DNA from: Squalus acanthias
Lineage: Eukaryota
Reading direction: 5' to 3'
DNA length: 64,000 nt
Assembly: GCA_030390025.1 (NCBI GenBank)
Contig: CM059431.1
Location: 153,762,001 to 153,826,000, forward strand
The position numbers and the translations under genes were made by a program. Position 1 is the stretch's first letter; each line of letters starts with the position of its first letter. A model generated the notes under the pieces. That model worked only from the letters and a program-made list of their open reading frames with translations, was not told the origin of the DNA and did no database searches. This document shows, piece after piece, positions 52,209-64,000 of this stretch.

Positions 52209-55200
52209 CTAGAACCGGCGCAGCCCGTCTACCTGTGTCCGCTTAGCTATGATGCGTGGAAGCGACCTTTGGTGGAGATGGAGGTAGAGAAACAGAGGGG
52301 TAGTTATTTGTTGGACACGGGAGCTTCTTGCACCATAATCCATACAGATAACCCTTTTGACTCGCCGCTATCTACCAAGGTCCCATTCACGTTAGCGGGG
52401 TTCACAGGAAAAGAACAGGCTGGCACGTTTTCCCTTCCGCTATCCATTCGTTTAGGAACACTTCGCCTTAAGTGGAAGTGTATACTGATGGCGTGGCAGG
52501 AGGGGGGTGGAAGAGGTATTCTCGGGTCTGATCTCCTATCGGGACACGGGATCCTCGTGGACCTCAGAAATCACTGTCTCTGGGGGGCTAAAGGTGAAAA
52601 AGGCGAGGTAATAGTGATTCCGGGGAGGAAGAAACAGGGGTCCTGTGTACCGTACAGCCATCCGGAGGCTACGACCTCAGGCTTATGGTCGCAGATGTCC
52701 CAACGGACATGCAAACGTACGTGTCAGATAATATGCACGCGTTTGCAACCCACAAGCACGATTGTGGGAGAGTGGTCGGGTTTGAGGTCAGCGTAGATGG
52801 GGACCCCATGACCCGACCCCAAAAGCAGTATAACTTCCCCAAAGAAGCAGAACCCGATATGGAGACAGCAATGTCCTCCTTGGTGCAACAGGGCGTGTTG
52901 AGGCCGATAGCCACACACGTGAACTCCCCATTATGGCCGGTTAGGAAGCCGGATAATTCGTGGAGAGCCACGGTGGACTACAGAGTCCTTAACAGTAACA
53001 TTCCCGCCTGCGCGCCCACGGTAGCAGCAGTTGCTGACCTAATAGGGAGCATCCCAGCGTCCGCGACCACGTTCACGGTGCTGGATATCTCGAACGGTTT
53101 TTGGTCCATCCCGCTGCGGCGAGAGGACCAGTACAAGTTTGCCTTTACTTTCAAAGGACAACAGTACACATGGAACTGTCTGCTACAGGGTTTCCACAAT
53201 AGCCCCAGTATTTTTCATCAGTGTATGGCAGGAAGTTTAAAAGAGTTTAGTCAGCCCAATCAGATAGTACAGTATGTGGATGATTTGCTCCTATTTACGG
53301 ACTCAAGGGAGGAGCATGGACCACTACTGGACGAGTTGTTGGAGCTGTTAGCAAGAAAGGGTTTTAAAATAAACCCTAAGAAAGCACGTATCGGTCAGCG
53401 GGAAGTAAAATTCCTGGGACTGACCATACGCGCTGGGGAAAGAGCCATAGACAAAGCAAGGAGGGAGTCGGTGCAAGAATTACCGATTCCCAACAACGTA
53501 AGGGGTGTGAGGTCCTTCTTGGGACTGACCGGTTACTGCAGGGATTTTATCGAAGATTATGCGGCCACAGCAGCGCCGCTCCTCCGACTCCTCCATAAGG
53601 GGGTGGAGTGGTTTTGGGACGAGGGCTGCCAAGCAGCCTTCGAGAAGTTAAAAAGGGATCTGCAGACCGCGCCAGCCTTAGGGGCCATAGATGGGGGGAA
53701 GGAGTTTTTTCCTGGAGGTAGCTGCCAGCGGAGACAGCTTAAGCGCCGTACTGCTCCAAGAGCGTCACGGCAAGCTGAGGCCGGTTGTCTATTCATCCAG
53801 GGTGTTAACGGATGTGGAGAGAAGTTTCTCCAATTGCGAAAGGCACCTTTTAGCCACGCATTGGGCTGTGAAAAGATCAGCGATCTTCACAGGGCTCTCT
53901 CCCATCACTCTCCTCACACATCACACACCAACTAAGATGCTTCTGGATGGGAGGATTAAAGACGGGACCGTAAGCAGCGCGCGCATTGCGCGTTGGACCC
54001 TTCTTCTCTCCCAGTTGGATCTTAGAGTAAAAGGTCTTTGCGAGCCCAGGCTTGCGGCCAATTTGGTATACCCCGGTACAGCCCACCGGTGTTCGGTGGA
54101 AGGGGTGTGGGACGTCAACATAGGTTTACGAGCCGGGATACATCCCACTGGGCGCGAGATTTATGTTGATGGGTCTAGCACAGTATCTGCTGGCGAGCGA
54201 CTCACAGGGTGAGGAGTTTATGACCCTGTGGCAGACCTTGCCCTGGCGATCAAGCTCCCTAGCACTATGAGCGCGCAGCAAGCTGAGCTGTCTGCCGTGG
54301 TGTACGTTGTGAACCACCCAGACATTTTCCCAACCCCATACACGATTTGCTCGGACAGTATGTTCACCTGCAATTCGTGTACGGAATACCTGGCCATTTG
54401 GTCCCGCCGAGGATACACCTCCGCGGACGGGCGACCTTTAACGGTGAAGCCCTTGCTGGAAAAGATCTTAGCAGCAGCAGTAGGGGAGGAAGGAGAGATT
54501 TTCATCCATAAGGTGAAAGCTCACTCCTCCACAGAGCCCCGTGGGGAGGGCAACCAGCAGGCGGATGCGCTAGCCAGGGAAGGTGCCCGCAACGGCATTT
54601 TCTGGAACCCCTATGGGACCAGACCCATAGCAGCGGTCCGAGGCAGGGACGGGAATCCCGGGAACACCAGGGTAGCATTGCCCCTAGACCTTAAGACCGT
54701 CCAAGCCCAGGATCCCGCCCTAAAAGCAGTCCTAAAAACCATTGCTGAGGGGAGGCAGGTAGAAGGTCCGTACAGTACGGCAACCCTCTCAGTTAAGGAA
54801 GGCATGCTGTTCCGCGAGGAGCAGTGGGTTGTGCCACAGCAGCACAGGAGGGAATTCCTCCAGTTGGCTCACGAGGGACCAGGGGCAGGGCACCCCGGGC
54901 CCGAGGTTACCTGGCAACGGGTAGAGCAAGCGGGATGGTGGCCAGGGCTCAGGGAACAAGTCCGCGAGTTCTGTGCAAACTGTCTTGTGTGCGCTGCAAA
55001 CAACCCAGACCCCCAGAAAAGGAAGGTACCCATGGGACACGTAAGAAGGGTAGAGGGACCATGGCAGTCGATACAGATCGACTATATAGGACCCCTGCCC
55101 ACCACCCAGGGAGGTTATAACTATTGCCTCGTCCTGGTGGATGTGTTTTCCAAGTGGGTGGAAGCCTTCCCTTGTCGAACAGCTACGGCACTGGGTACAG

Positions 55201-56691
55201 CAAAAATCTTGGTCCGGGAAGTGTTCTCGCGGTGGGGACTTCCCCGTTTTGTGGAGTCAGACCAAGGGAGTCATTTCACCGGCCAGGTGATGCAGAACAC
55301 CCTCATGCTTTTGGGCATTGAAGGGAAGTGGCACGTAGCACACAATCCCCAGTCATCCGGGATTGTTGAACGCATGAACCGGACCCTGAAGGAGAAATTG
55401 AGGAAAGAGCCTAGGAACTCGCCCCAAAAATGGGCGGAAGTTCTGCCTTTAGTCCTCATGGGGGTCCGGGCCAGTCAGTCAAAAAGTACGGGGTACTCCC
55501 CGCACGAGGCTCATGCGAACCCCCACCCATGTGCTAGCACCGGTGCTCACTGAGGGTCAGCTCCAAGAGATAAGCAGGGACAAGTTCGCCCAGACTCTCT
55601 TGGAGCGCCTGAAACAGGTTTATGAGCAGGCGGCTGGGAACATGGGAAGGCAGCATCAGGGCAATCGCTTGTTGCTGGAACCCCGCAAAACGCGGGAGTG
55701 GGAAGTAGGAGACCAGGTCATGGTCAGAAACTACGCCAGAGTAGGGAGTCTGGAACCACTGTATATGGGACCCTACAACATTGTAGACAAGGCGAGTCCC
55801 ATGGTTTACGCCGTAAAGGTACCTCGGCGCACTAAGTGGTTCCACATAAACCAATGCAAACTGTACCAGCCAGGTGCGCAAGGGAAAACTAGAGGGGTAA
55901 ATCCCGCCAATGGGAAAGCACAGCCCCAGGTAGGACCACAAGGCACACAGGCAGGCATAGCAGCTTGCATCAGGGGAAGGGACATCCCGGACGTTCATGC
56001 AGCGTTTTTCTGGAATTGGGGGTTAGATGAGGAAGAATTCAGGGTACCCGGGTCAGATGAGGATAGTGCAGATGAGGATAGTGATGACGACGGGTGGTTT
56101 CGGAGGAACGGCCCCTTTTACGATATGGAGGGGACGGGGGCTGCAGGTAGAGATCCACACAGGGTGGACACACAAGCTGCAGGTCCCGAAGACAGGAGGG
56201 AGGAGCTAGGGGAGGCAGGGCCAGCCGCTATGGGAGCACAGAGAGTACCGGTGTGGCTCCCAGAGATGTGGCCGCCCGCTTTGAACGTCCCGCCCTCGGG
56301 GGAGGCAGAGATCACGAGTGAAGGGCCGCCTGCTGGGCCGAGCAGGGCGGAGCCACAAACTGCGAGCCCCGAGGTTAGGGAGGCGGAGTCAGCGGAGGCG
56401 GAGCCAGCGACTGTGATGGAACCCCAGGTCATCCCGATGGAAGTCTCGGAACCGGGTCCGTCCGTCACGGAACCCCCGCCCATAGCAACTCCCCGTAGGT
56501 CAAGTAGAGAACCCCAGCCCAGGAGGATGTGGTCATGTCCCCAGACTGCCCCAAGGCGTAAATTTAAGGTTAAGATAACCCAGATACAGGCCGGCCACAT
56601 CGCAGCAGCAACAGGCTGCGGCAGATCAGAGGGAAGGTTCAGTGCCCTCCCACCGTCGGGAAGAGCTAGCAGCAGCCTTCTCAGAATTTAA
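52209..56691 (+). pseudogene. pol: pro-pol: protease, RT, degenerate RNase H tether, RNase H, integrase plus C-terminal extension
   Basis: LLDTGAS; LDISNGF and YVDD; IYVDGSS/SAQQAEL/GNQQADALA; HHCC zinc finger and D-D-E (DYIG, DQGS, ERMN); GPY. Frameshifts near 52630, 53705 and 55510; TGA at 54210-54212. Confidence 0.93.
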
Positions 56692-56983
56692 AGGGGCCGC
56701 CCTGAGAACGGGCGGCACTGTAAAGTTATTAGTTTTTAAGTTTTAAGTTAATAGTTCAAGGTTTAAGTTTATAGTTTTTTTTTATAAGGTTAAGTTTGTA
56801 GTGTTTTTAACAGAAAACGATAAAATGATGGGAGCTTTAAAGATAGGTTTAGTTAAAGTTTATTCAGCGAACGTGGAAGTTTACGTGAGGCGAGGTCAGG
56901 GGACCCGCTCACCCTTCACAGAAGCCAGAGACTCTTGCGAGGCTGGCTACCTCATTCTATCTGATCACAGGAACCAATGAAGG

Positions 56984-59335
56984 ATGGAACGAATTCTAGT
57001 ATTGCTCGTGGCAATCGGATGTGGATTGGCCTATCGAGGCCGCACCAAGGATGTCGTGGTGTTTGGATGTTCCGGTGACACGGCCCCCATCGCGGTGGAT
57101 GGGACCGGAAGACGGGAGGCAGAGGAGACCAGCACCTATTTCCACAAGGGAAGGTGGCCAGGATGGCTGGGAACGAACTCAACGGAGTATTCTAGCACAT
57201 CGGGGTTTGCCTACAAAGAGACTTCTTTACTGTGCCCCAAAGTAAGGATCATCGCACCCAGGATCAGCATCACCGTCGGCAAACGGATTTGTTTGACTTG
57301 TAGTGGGAATGTCCCATTGAGCCGATGGTGGTGGCTGCGAAAGCTGAGCAAAACTATGAGGAACTCTTCGGTCGAGTGGGAACGACTGGGTAATAATACC
57401 CATCGGACAATTACGGGGACAAACGGACAAGTGAAAGTCTGTTGGGACAAATGGTGGGAACCGGACGAGGGAATTTATGTATGTATGTGGGGGTCAAAGT
57501 ACGTTTGCCCCAAAGGCATCTCCATATTTTTCATTAATCAATGGCAGGATAACGGACAGGGGATGAGGTGGGATGCGAGCACCAGGGGGTGCGGAGCCCC
57601 ATTCTCCCCGATCCCAGTAAATGCCACTGAGCTCATTACGCGCCCACGCAAAGCCCCGCCCACGATTCCGGTGGTTCTAGCTGAGGAAGAAGGGTGCCCT
57701 AAAACTAGTAAGGGACCCGGGAATGGTTTGGTACTGGTCCCCACAGACCAGATACTATTTCAGGGGGTACATTACGCGGTGGCCTCGGTGAATTTAAATC
57801 TCACCGAGGTGCGGTTACCAGAGTGGTGCCCCAAAAAGACGGAACAATTGTATCAGGTCCTGTTGACCAAGATGTTCAGACAATTTTACGAATTCGATTT
57901 CGCGGAAATTGATAAAACAAGTTTGTACACCGCACCACAGGAAGTTTTGAATCAAGCAGGGAGGCAAAGAAGGGGTTTGGTGAACGATGCGTTCACTGCT
58001 TTTAACACGGGTACATCTGTGGTCAACGCTCTAGACAGAGTGGAGCTGCAGACCCAGATTAATGGTTTAAAGACACAATTAAAAGACATTCTAACAGATG
58101 AGAATAAAGTGGTAGGGTCAGGTTTACACGAGGACCAAGCCATGACTCTCCATTTAAAGGAGATTATAGCAGAGTTGGAGAAACATGCAAAGACGGTAAA
58201 TGCCCTGATTAGGGAAGATCGGAATGCATGCGATCAAGCTGCGCAGAACGAGGTGTGCGTGCTTTAAGGGGCGTGGTTACTGGGCGAGGGCCGCAGTAAT
58301 TTGGAGGATTTAAAACAAGGTTTGGTTCCGTCCTGGATAAGTAACAAACACCTGCGGGCGCTCCACCCTTTTCAGAACGCATTAAGTCCGTGCCAGCTCA
58401 GGCTAGCTTCAGAAGCTTACCCAGTCCCCGTGGACTGTGGACGATCAAACCATACTATTATGGGAATAGTATTACGCATGCCGGTTTTGGGCGACACAGC
58501 AAAGCCCGCCCCGGTGTATCGGGTAGAGAACATTGGTGTCATTCAGGGGGGAGCCCACATTCGTTATGCAGCGGTTCCACCTTACGTCATCCGCTGGGAG
58601 CAAACGATGACAGGTACAGATCTCTCTGGTTGTCGTGGCAGGGGAGCCCACATAATACTGTGCCCCCAGCACTTGAATGCCTTTTTAACACCACAGTGCG
58701 GGTTCAGAACGACTGGCGCCAAGTCCATGAATTGCACCATGGAGGCAATGGCACAAGATCATGTGCCTCCGCAGGTAGCATACATCGGGGGTGGAACATA
58801 TTTTGTTACCACTGTAGCGCAACACTACCAGCATGGAAACCGTAGCCCGTGTCCTGTGAGTGACAGCAGTTTCTGTTTTAAACCCAGGGCGGAAGTTCAA
58901 GTAGCACAACAGCGAATTGTCCCAATCCCTGAACCATCCACTGTTCATCTCACAGTAAAAGAGAATTTCACCGACTTGCAGCGATTCGTCGCGCATTTCG
59001 GATACCTCATTCCCCCTCTCCCTGAACACCTCACCAAGCTTTTAAAAGCCGTCGCGGTATCACAGAAACATTTTTACACATTAGAGCAGAAAACTGTCGA
59101 AATAGGAACAGACATTCTGGATATAGTGATTCCACCGTGGTGGAATCTGTTCACTAATATTGAAGTGCCTTCATGGATCAGAATAGCCTCCCACATTTTA
59201 GTCGTATGCCAAGTTTTCATTGTAGTGTACCTATTGGTCGTACATTGTAAAAGAGACAAGCGCCTCACCAAGCATGAAAACACGGGAGAGTGGCGAGAAC
59301 GTTACGTGTGCGTGCACGATGAAAGCACCGTGTAA
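56984..59335 (+). pseudogene. env: env: class-I fusion glycoprotein (F-like) with N-terminal Ig-like domain; one premature TAA at 58265-58267
   Basis: Signal peptide MERILVLLVAIGCGLA; furin RQRR then GLVNDAFTAF; heptad repeat; Cys-rich region; TM ILVVCQVFIVVYLLVV; ORFs 56984 and 58301 share a frame; candidate acceptor ctgatcacag at 56970. Confidence 0.85.
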
Positions 59336-59773
59336 TCGGAAAATGGCGTCACTCCCGCTCGCCACGTGCGCCGCGGAAGTTTGTACTCGATCATGATTTT
59401 CAGAGATTGTAAATACGTTGGGAACTCGACATGTTTTAAGAGTTGGTATTGATTATTTTGGTGATGGTGTTACAGTTGGAATTGGTTGTTTGGTTTTGAG
59501 TTTTGTTTTTCCTTTCCCTGAATAAAAGATGAATATACAGGTGATACGAGAGGCATCGGCCTGGTTACGCCGGGAAGGAAAACAAGTGGTGTAAGTTTAA
59601 GGGCAAATAATGCCTACGGTGATATAAAATGTAATTTTCTTGGGAAACAAGGACGACACAGAGACCCTAGCTCGGTTAAAGTTATGGGATTAATTTGCTG
59701 GATTCGGAGAGAAATCGAGATAATATTGCTCACTACTATGATTTTTGATACGATAAGCGGAGTTATTCGCATC

Positions 59774-59785
59774 AACAGGAGGGAC
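59774..59785 (+). promoter_or_regulatory. Polypurine tract
   Basis: AACAGGAGGGAC immediately before the 3' LTR. Confidence 0.75.
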
Positions 59786-61422
59786 TGTAGAATTCGCAAT
59801 ATATCGCGATTTTATTAATAAGGAGAAAACACAGAGTTTCGTTCAAACAGCTTTTATTTCAGCAGAATGCTGACAGGTTTAAAGTGGACACAAGCAGCCT
59901 GTAAAATGGCCGCCGCACCTCGTGACAGGACATTCTAGACTTTTCAACAGGCAGACAAGATGGCGTTCCAATAAACATTTGTGTAAGATCGATTAAGATT
60001 CAGCACAGTGAAGATAATACACGAGACATTATGGGTTTGCAGTATACACATAAATACTGAAATCGGTCTCCCAGGTACAAATGAAAGCCATTGTACCGAG
60101 TAATCAAGGGCCCATCCAAAAGACATTAATATGTAAAATCCCAACGACTCTACGATGAGAGAGCCGTTAGCAGGTAGTTATACAAAACACTTGGAAGCCC
60201 CAAAACCCCTCCAGGGAGAACACCGACCGATTTAACAATGGGAGAAATATTAACAGGTACTCAGACATTTACGAGTATCCCCGAAACCCATTAAGAACGG
60301 AGATCACCCATACAAGACATTTGAGCGCCAAACCCTAAACAAAAGAATGGACATTATAGTTGGGCGGGAAACGGAAGATTTTGCACTATAATTGCAGGCT
60401 CCAAACCGTCCATCTTTCTCTTATCATCGTGGCTGCTCCTGTGCTCTTGTTTCGTAACCTCGTGGCTGCTCCTGTGTACTCGTAGTTGGGCTCCTGCTTG
60501 CCTGTTGCCTCTTTGAAAAGGACTGTTGAACTTTCTGATCCGTTCGGATCTACCTCGTGTCGCGTAACGAAGACCTATGTTGGTAACTGGCAGCGGAACC
60601 AAAGGCCCGAGATGAGATGAGATGAGATGAGAAGAGAGGAAGACCATATCCATCGCCACGGTCAGTAAATCCCGACCGCGCCTGTAGGTCGATTATCCAA
60701 GTTTTCCTTGCCAGGAAGACTTCTTCGAACTTGCAAGGAAACATATCGTATCGATGATATTGACAACTGTGCTCGAAAAGTACCTGTTAAACCAACCAAC
60801 ACAGGTCTTCATCACAGCAGACGTTCCAGCCTGCTAGCCGGAGCAGCAGAAGCAAGTAAACAAGTGGGACCAGGAGATCTCCTGACCGACACGTGGGTGC
60901 TGCGGTGAAAAACATCCGATCAGCTATTCGGAATTTCTCCGAGTTATCACGAGTGGTGAGCATGAGTCTCGAAGTCCTACGAATCTAGTTTAGGATAGAT
61001 ATTGATAGGGGAGGGTTAAGGATTAAGGATATTTGTAATGTGTGCCCCTATTTACTATGTGCCGTTCGTTCCTCGTTTCCCTAAGATCGACTATATAACT
61101 GCTTGTTAGATTGTACTGTCATTAATCTGTGCTTATGACATGTATTTCATAATCTTAAGTATCATGCAATAAAGATTTTCCATTTCGTACCATTCAACCG
61201 AGTCTACATGAGTTTCATCTCCATTACTGCTCTCGGATCGAAGTCCAGTGTCTAGAACCGTAAGGGCGAGTGATTCGAACCACTCACAGGTGTGTCTAGT
61301 GTTCCCAGACTGGCTGGAGACCAGAACAGGCAACAAGGCCTAGACCCGCACTGACATACAGGCTGCACAGAGCCGCGTGAATCTCACAGGCTGCGAGACA
61401 CGCAGGGTCAGAATCCCTTACA
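59786..61422 (+). repeat. 3' LTR (1637 bp)
   Basis: Differs from the 5' LTR by ~6 substitutions, a 1-nt deletion and a 12-nt insertion (seen by eye). Confidence 0.97.
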
Positions 61423-63450
61423 GATGTTGAGTCCAGAAGGCAACCACAGTAGCGGAGAATCCTCACTTGAGGAAAAAAAGATATGTTGGAAGCACTAGTG
61501 TGGAAGGTGGCATCGTCGGAGCAGATGCAGTGGAGACAGAGAAACTTTGATAATGGAATAGTGTCCTTCCAGGAAGCGGGGTGGGAGGAAGTGTAGTCTA
61601 AGAAGCTGTCGGGGTCAGTGGGCTTGGACTGAAAGTCTGTCAATAGCCTATCCCTGGAGATGGAGAAAGAAAAGTCGATGAAGGGAACTGAAGAGCCGGA
61701 GATGGAACATGTTGCATGTGAGGGATACTTGGAAATTGGAAGCAAAGTGAATGACATTTTCTAGTTCAGGGCGAGAGCATGAAACAGCACCGATACAGTC
61801 CTCAATGTACCGGAAAATGAGGTGAGGGAAGGGGCATGAGTAGGAATGGACCAAATAACTTTCCACATATCCCATGAAAAGTTAAGCATAGCTAGGAACC
61901 ATGCGGGTTCCCAAAGCAACACCTTTAATTTGGAGGAAGTGAGTAGAATCCAAGGAGAAGTTTTTCGACATGAGAACAAGTTCAGCCAGGTGGAGGAGGG
62001 TGGTGTGGATGGGGAATGTTTGGGCCTCTGTTCAAGGAACAAGCGGAGCGCGCTCAGGTCATCCTGGTGGGGAATGGAGGTGTTAAGGAATTGTACGTAC
62101 ATAGTGAAATGTAAACGGTTGGGGACAGGAAACAGGAAACTGTTAAAGTGGCAGAGGGCTTCGGAAGAGTTTCGGATGTAGGTGGGAAGAGACTGGACAA
62201 GGGGAGAAAAAATAGTGTCGAGATAGGATAAGTTAAGTTCCTTGGGGCAAGAACAGGCTGAAACGATGGGTCTACCATGGCAGTCCTGTGTGTCGATCTT
62301 GGGAAGGAGGTAGAAGCGGGCTGTGCGGGGTTGGGGATCAATGAGTTTGGCGGCTGTGGAGGAAAGATCTCCAGAGGAGATTAGGTCAGTGACGGTCTTG
62401 GAAACGTTTGCTTGATGTTCGGTAGTGGGGTCACGGTCCAGGCAGAGGTAGGAGGAGGTGCCGGAGAGTTGGCGTTGAACCTCCGCTAGGTAGAGGTCAG
62501 TTCGCAAAACAAAAACAGCACCACCCTTGTCTGCAGGTTTAATGACAATTTTGGGGATGGATCTGAGAGAATGGAGTGCTGCAAGTTCACATGGAGGTAG
62601 GTTTGAGTGAGTGAGGGGTAGAAAGAAATTGAGACAACCGATGTCACGCCGACGGTTTGCAATGAAAAGAACTAGAGCGTTTAAGAGGCCAGAGGGAGAG
62701 ATCCAGGCAGAAGGATAATTCTGAAAAGGGGAGAAAGGGTCAGCCGTGCGGGGGGAAGTTCCTGGCCAAAGAAGTGGGCATGGAGACGAAGGCGGCGGAA
62801 AAAGTGCTCAGCATAGTGCCGAGCTCGAAATTCATTGAGAAGGGGCGTAAGGGGATGAAGCTCATGCATTTGCTAAGGACTGATCGTTCGGTGTCAGACA
62901 GCGGAAGGTCAGAGTTGATAGTGTAACCACAGCAGGGGTTGAGATTGGAAGAAGTGCTGGGGTCAGACAAAAGTGAAGGGTAAGAAGGTTCCGGAGTGGT
63001 GTTGGTGTCCAAGAGTTGTTGAAGCTTGCGATCCTTGACACCTGAAAGTAAGAAAAAACGTTTTTTGCAAAAGCGCCGAATGAGGCGAAGGATGAAATGG
63101 AAGTGAGGTCCAGGATAGCTTTGAGATAGAGTGAGGCATTGCTGCTGAAGAACCTGGTCGAGAGTGTTCATTTGGCGGCGCATGGAATTCAGCGTGGATC
63201 TCAGGATAGGGCAAGAGCAGTGTTTCGAGGAACGCTGACTATCATGGAGGTATCTGTAGTCCTGTGTGGATCCAAAACACGAAGGGTGGAATTTTAGTTG
63301 GAATACACATGGAGTAAGTCGGAGGCGGAGAAAGTTGCTGAGGAAAGATATGTGGCTGTGAAAAAGGAGACAGAAAGCAATGAAGATGATCAAGATAAAA
63401 GAGACAAACGGATATCCCGCCGGAGAGTAGAGCAGAACTTCTTCAATTGG
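61423..63450 (-). mobile_element. Degenerate Penelope-like retroelement (RT region)
   Basis: YLAEVQRQLS, PRTARFYLLPKI, GRPIVSACSCP, FRYIEDCIG, FFRRLRLHAHFF. Confidence 0.88.
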
Positions 63451-63489
63451 GCATTCTTAGAAGATTGATCTTCTTAAAAAGCTTATGCC

Positions 63490-63765
63490 TAGTAAAAAAA
63501 AAAAAAATTCACTCATTTATATTTTAAAAATACTTTAAAAAAATGTAAGTTTATTTTTAGCCCGGTAAAAAAATTATTTAAAAAATATTTAATTTATTGT
63601 AATTTCAACTCATTTTAAAAACGTGATTTAAAAAAAATATTTAAAGTTTTGACTGTGCTTTTGGGATGATCGCCATTCATACATTTGACAGATCTATCTG
63701 TCAAGTGTATGAAGGGAGGTTTACTTCCATTGGACCCCATGGCCCACGTGATCCCAGGGACGCTT
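63490..63765 (-). mobile_element. Partial, diverged relative of the TIR MITE, reverse orientation
   Basis: GGCCCACGTGATCCCAG motif, TTCAT..TTTGACAG hairpin and AT-rich core shared with the other copies. Confidence 0.6.
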
Positions 63766-64000
63766 GGAAATACATGCAAAAACGAGAATGGAATCAAAGA
63801 GAATCATTTGGCATGTCAAAACCAAATGATGTCTTGAGGTTGTGGTTGAAATTGTGGAAGGATTCGCAGGATAATTAACATCGTGACAGGGTCCCATACA
63901 ACACTGCTTCCATGTCCATAACCATCTCTTATACCAGCCCATAGGGTGGTTAGGTTCTCGAGGTCTGGACGGTTTTAAGGGTTCCTTTTACTGATACGAT

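Larger units (their letters stand above)
48767..61422 (+). mobile_element. Full-length endogenous lokiretrovirus-like provirus (LTR-gag-pro-pol-env-LTR), defective
   Basis: Paired TG...CA LTRs, PBS, PPT, gag/pro/RT/tether/RNase H/IN/env in order. Confidence 0.9.

Overview
This is eukaryotic, repeat-rich vertebrate DNA; the CR1/Penelope repeat landscape and fish-type NLR suggest a cartilaginous fish, which is inference. It contains three layers. (1) 1-41.5 kb: a + strand, intron-containing NLR immune gene that the ORF track misses. A ~4.6-kb tandem monomer carries two phase-compatible exons (170 nt + 199 nt) that together encode one CARD-like death-fold module. Five full modules plus one half can splice in frame into a FISNA-like/NACHT exon and three short LRR exons. 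The array has a three-monomer higher-order duplication and two copies carry stop codons. (2) 48767-61422: a young provirus (LTRs ~99.5% identical by eye) with ~1.63-kb LTRs, PBS, gag with UGA-CUAG readthrough into pro-pol, a degenerate plus a second active-type RNase H, integrase with a long tail, and an env of the paramyxo/baculo F-like class-I type carrying an N-terminal Ig-like domain. This best matches lokiretrovirus-like elements; it sits inside a Penelope element. (3) Many CR1 LINEs of different ages and a TIR MITE family with a co-varying internal hairpin. All identities and translations were read by eye; no database searches were run.
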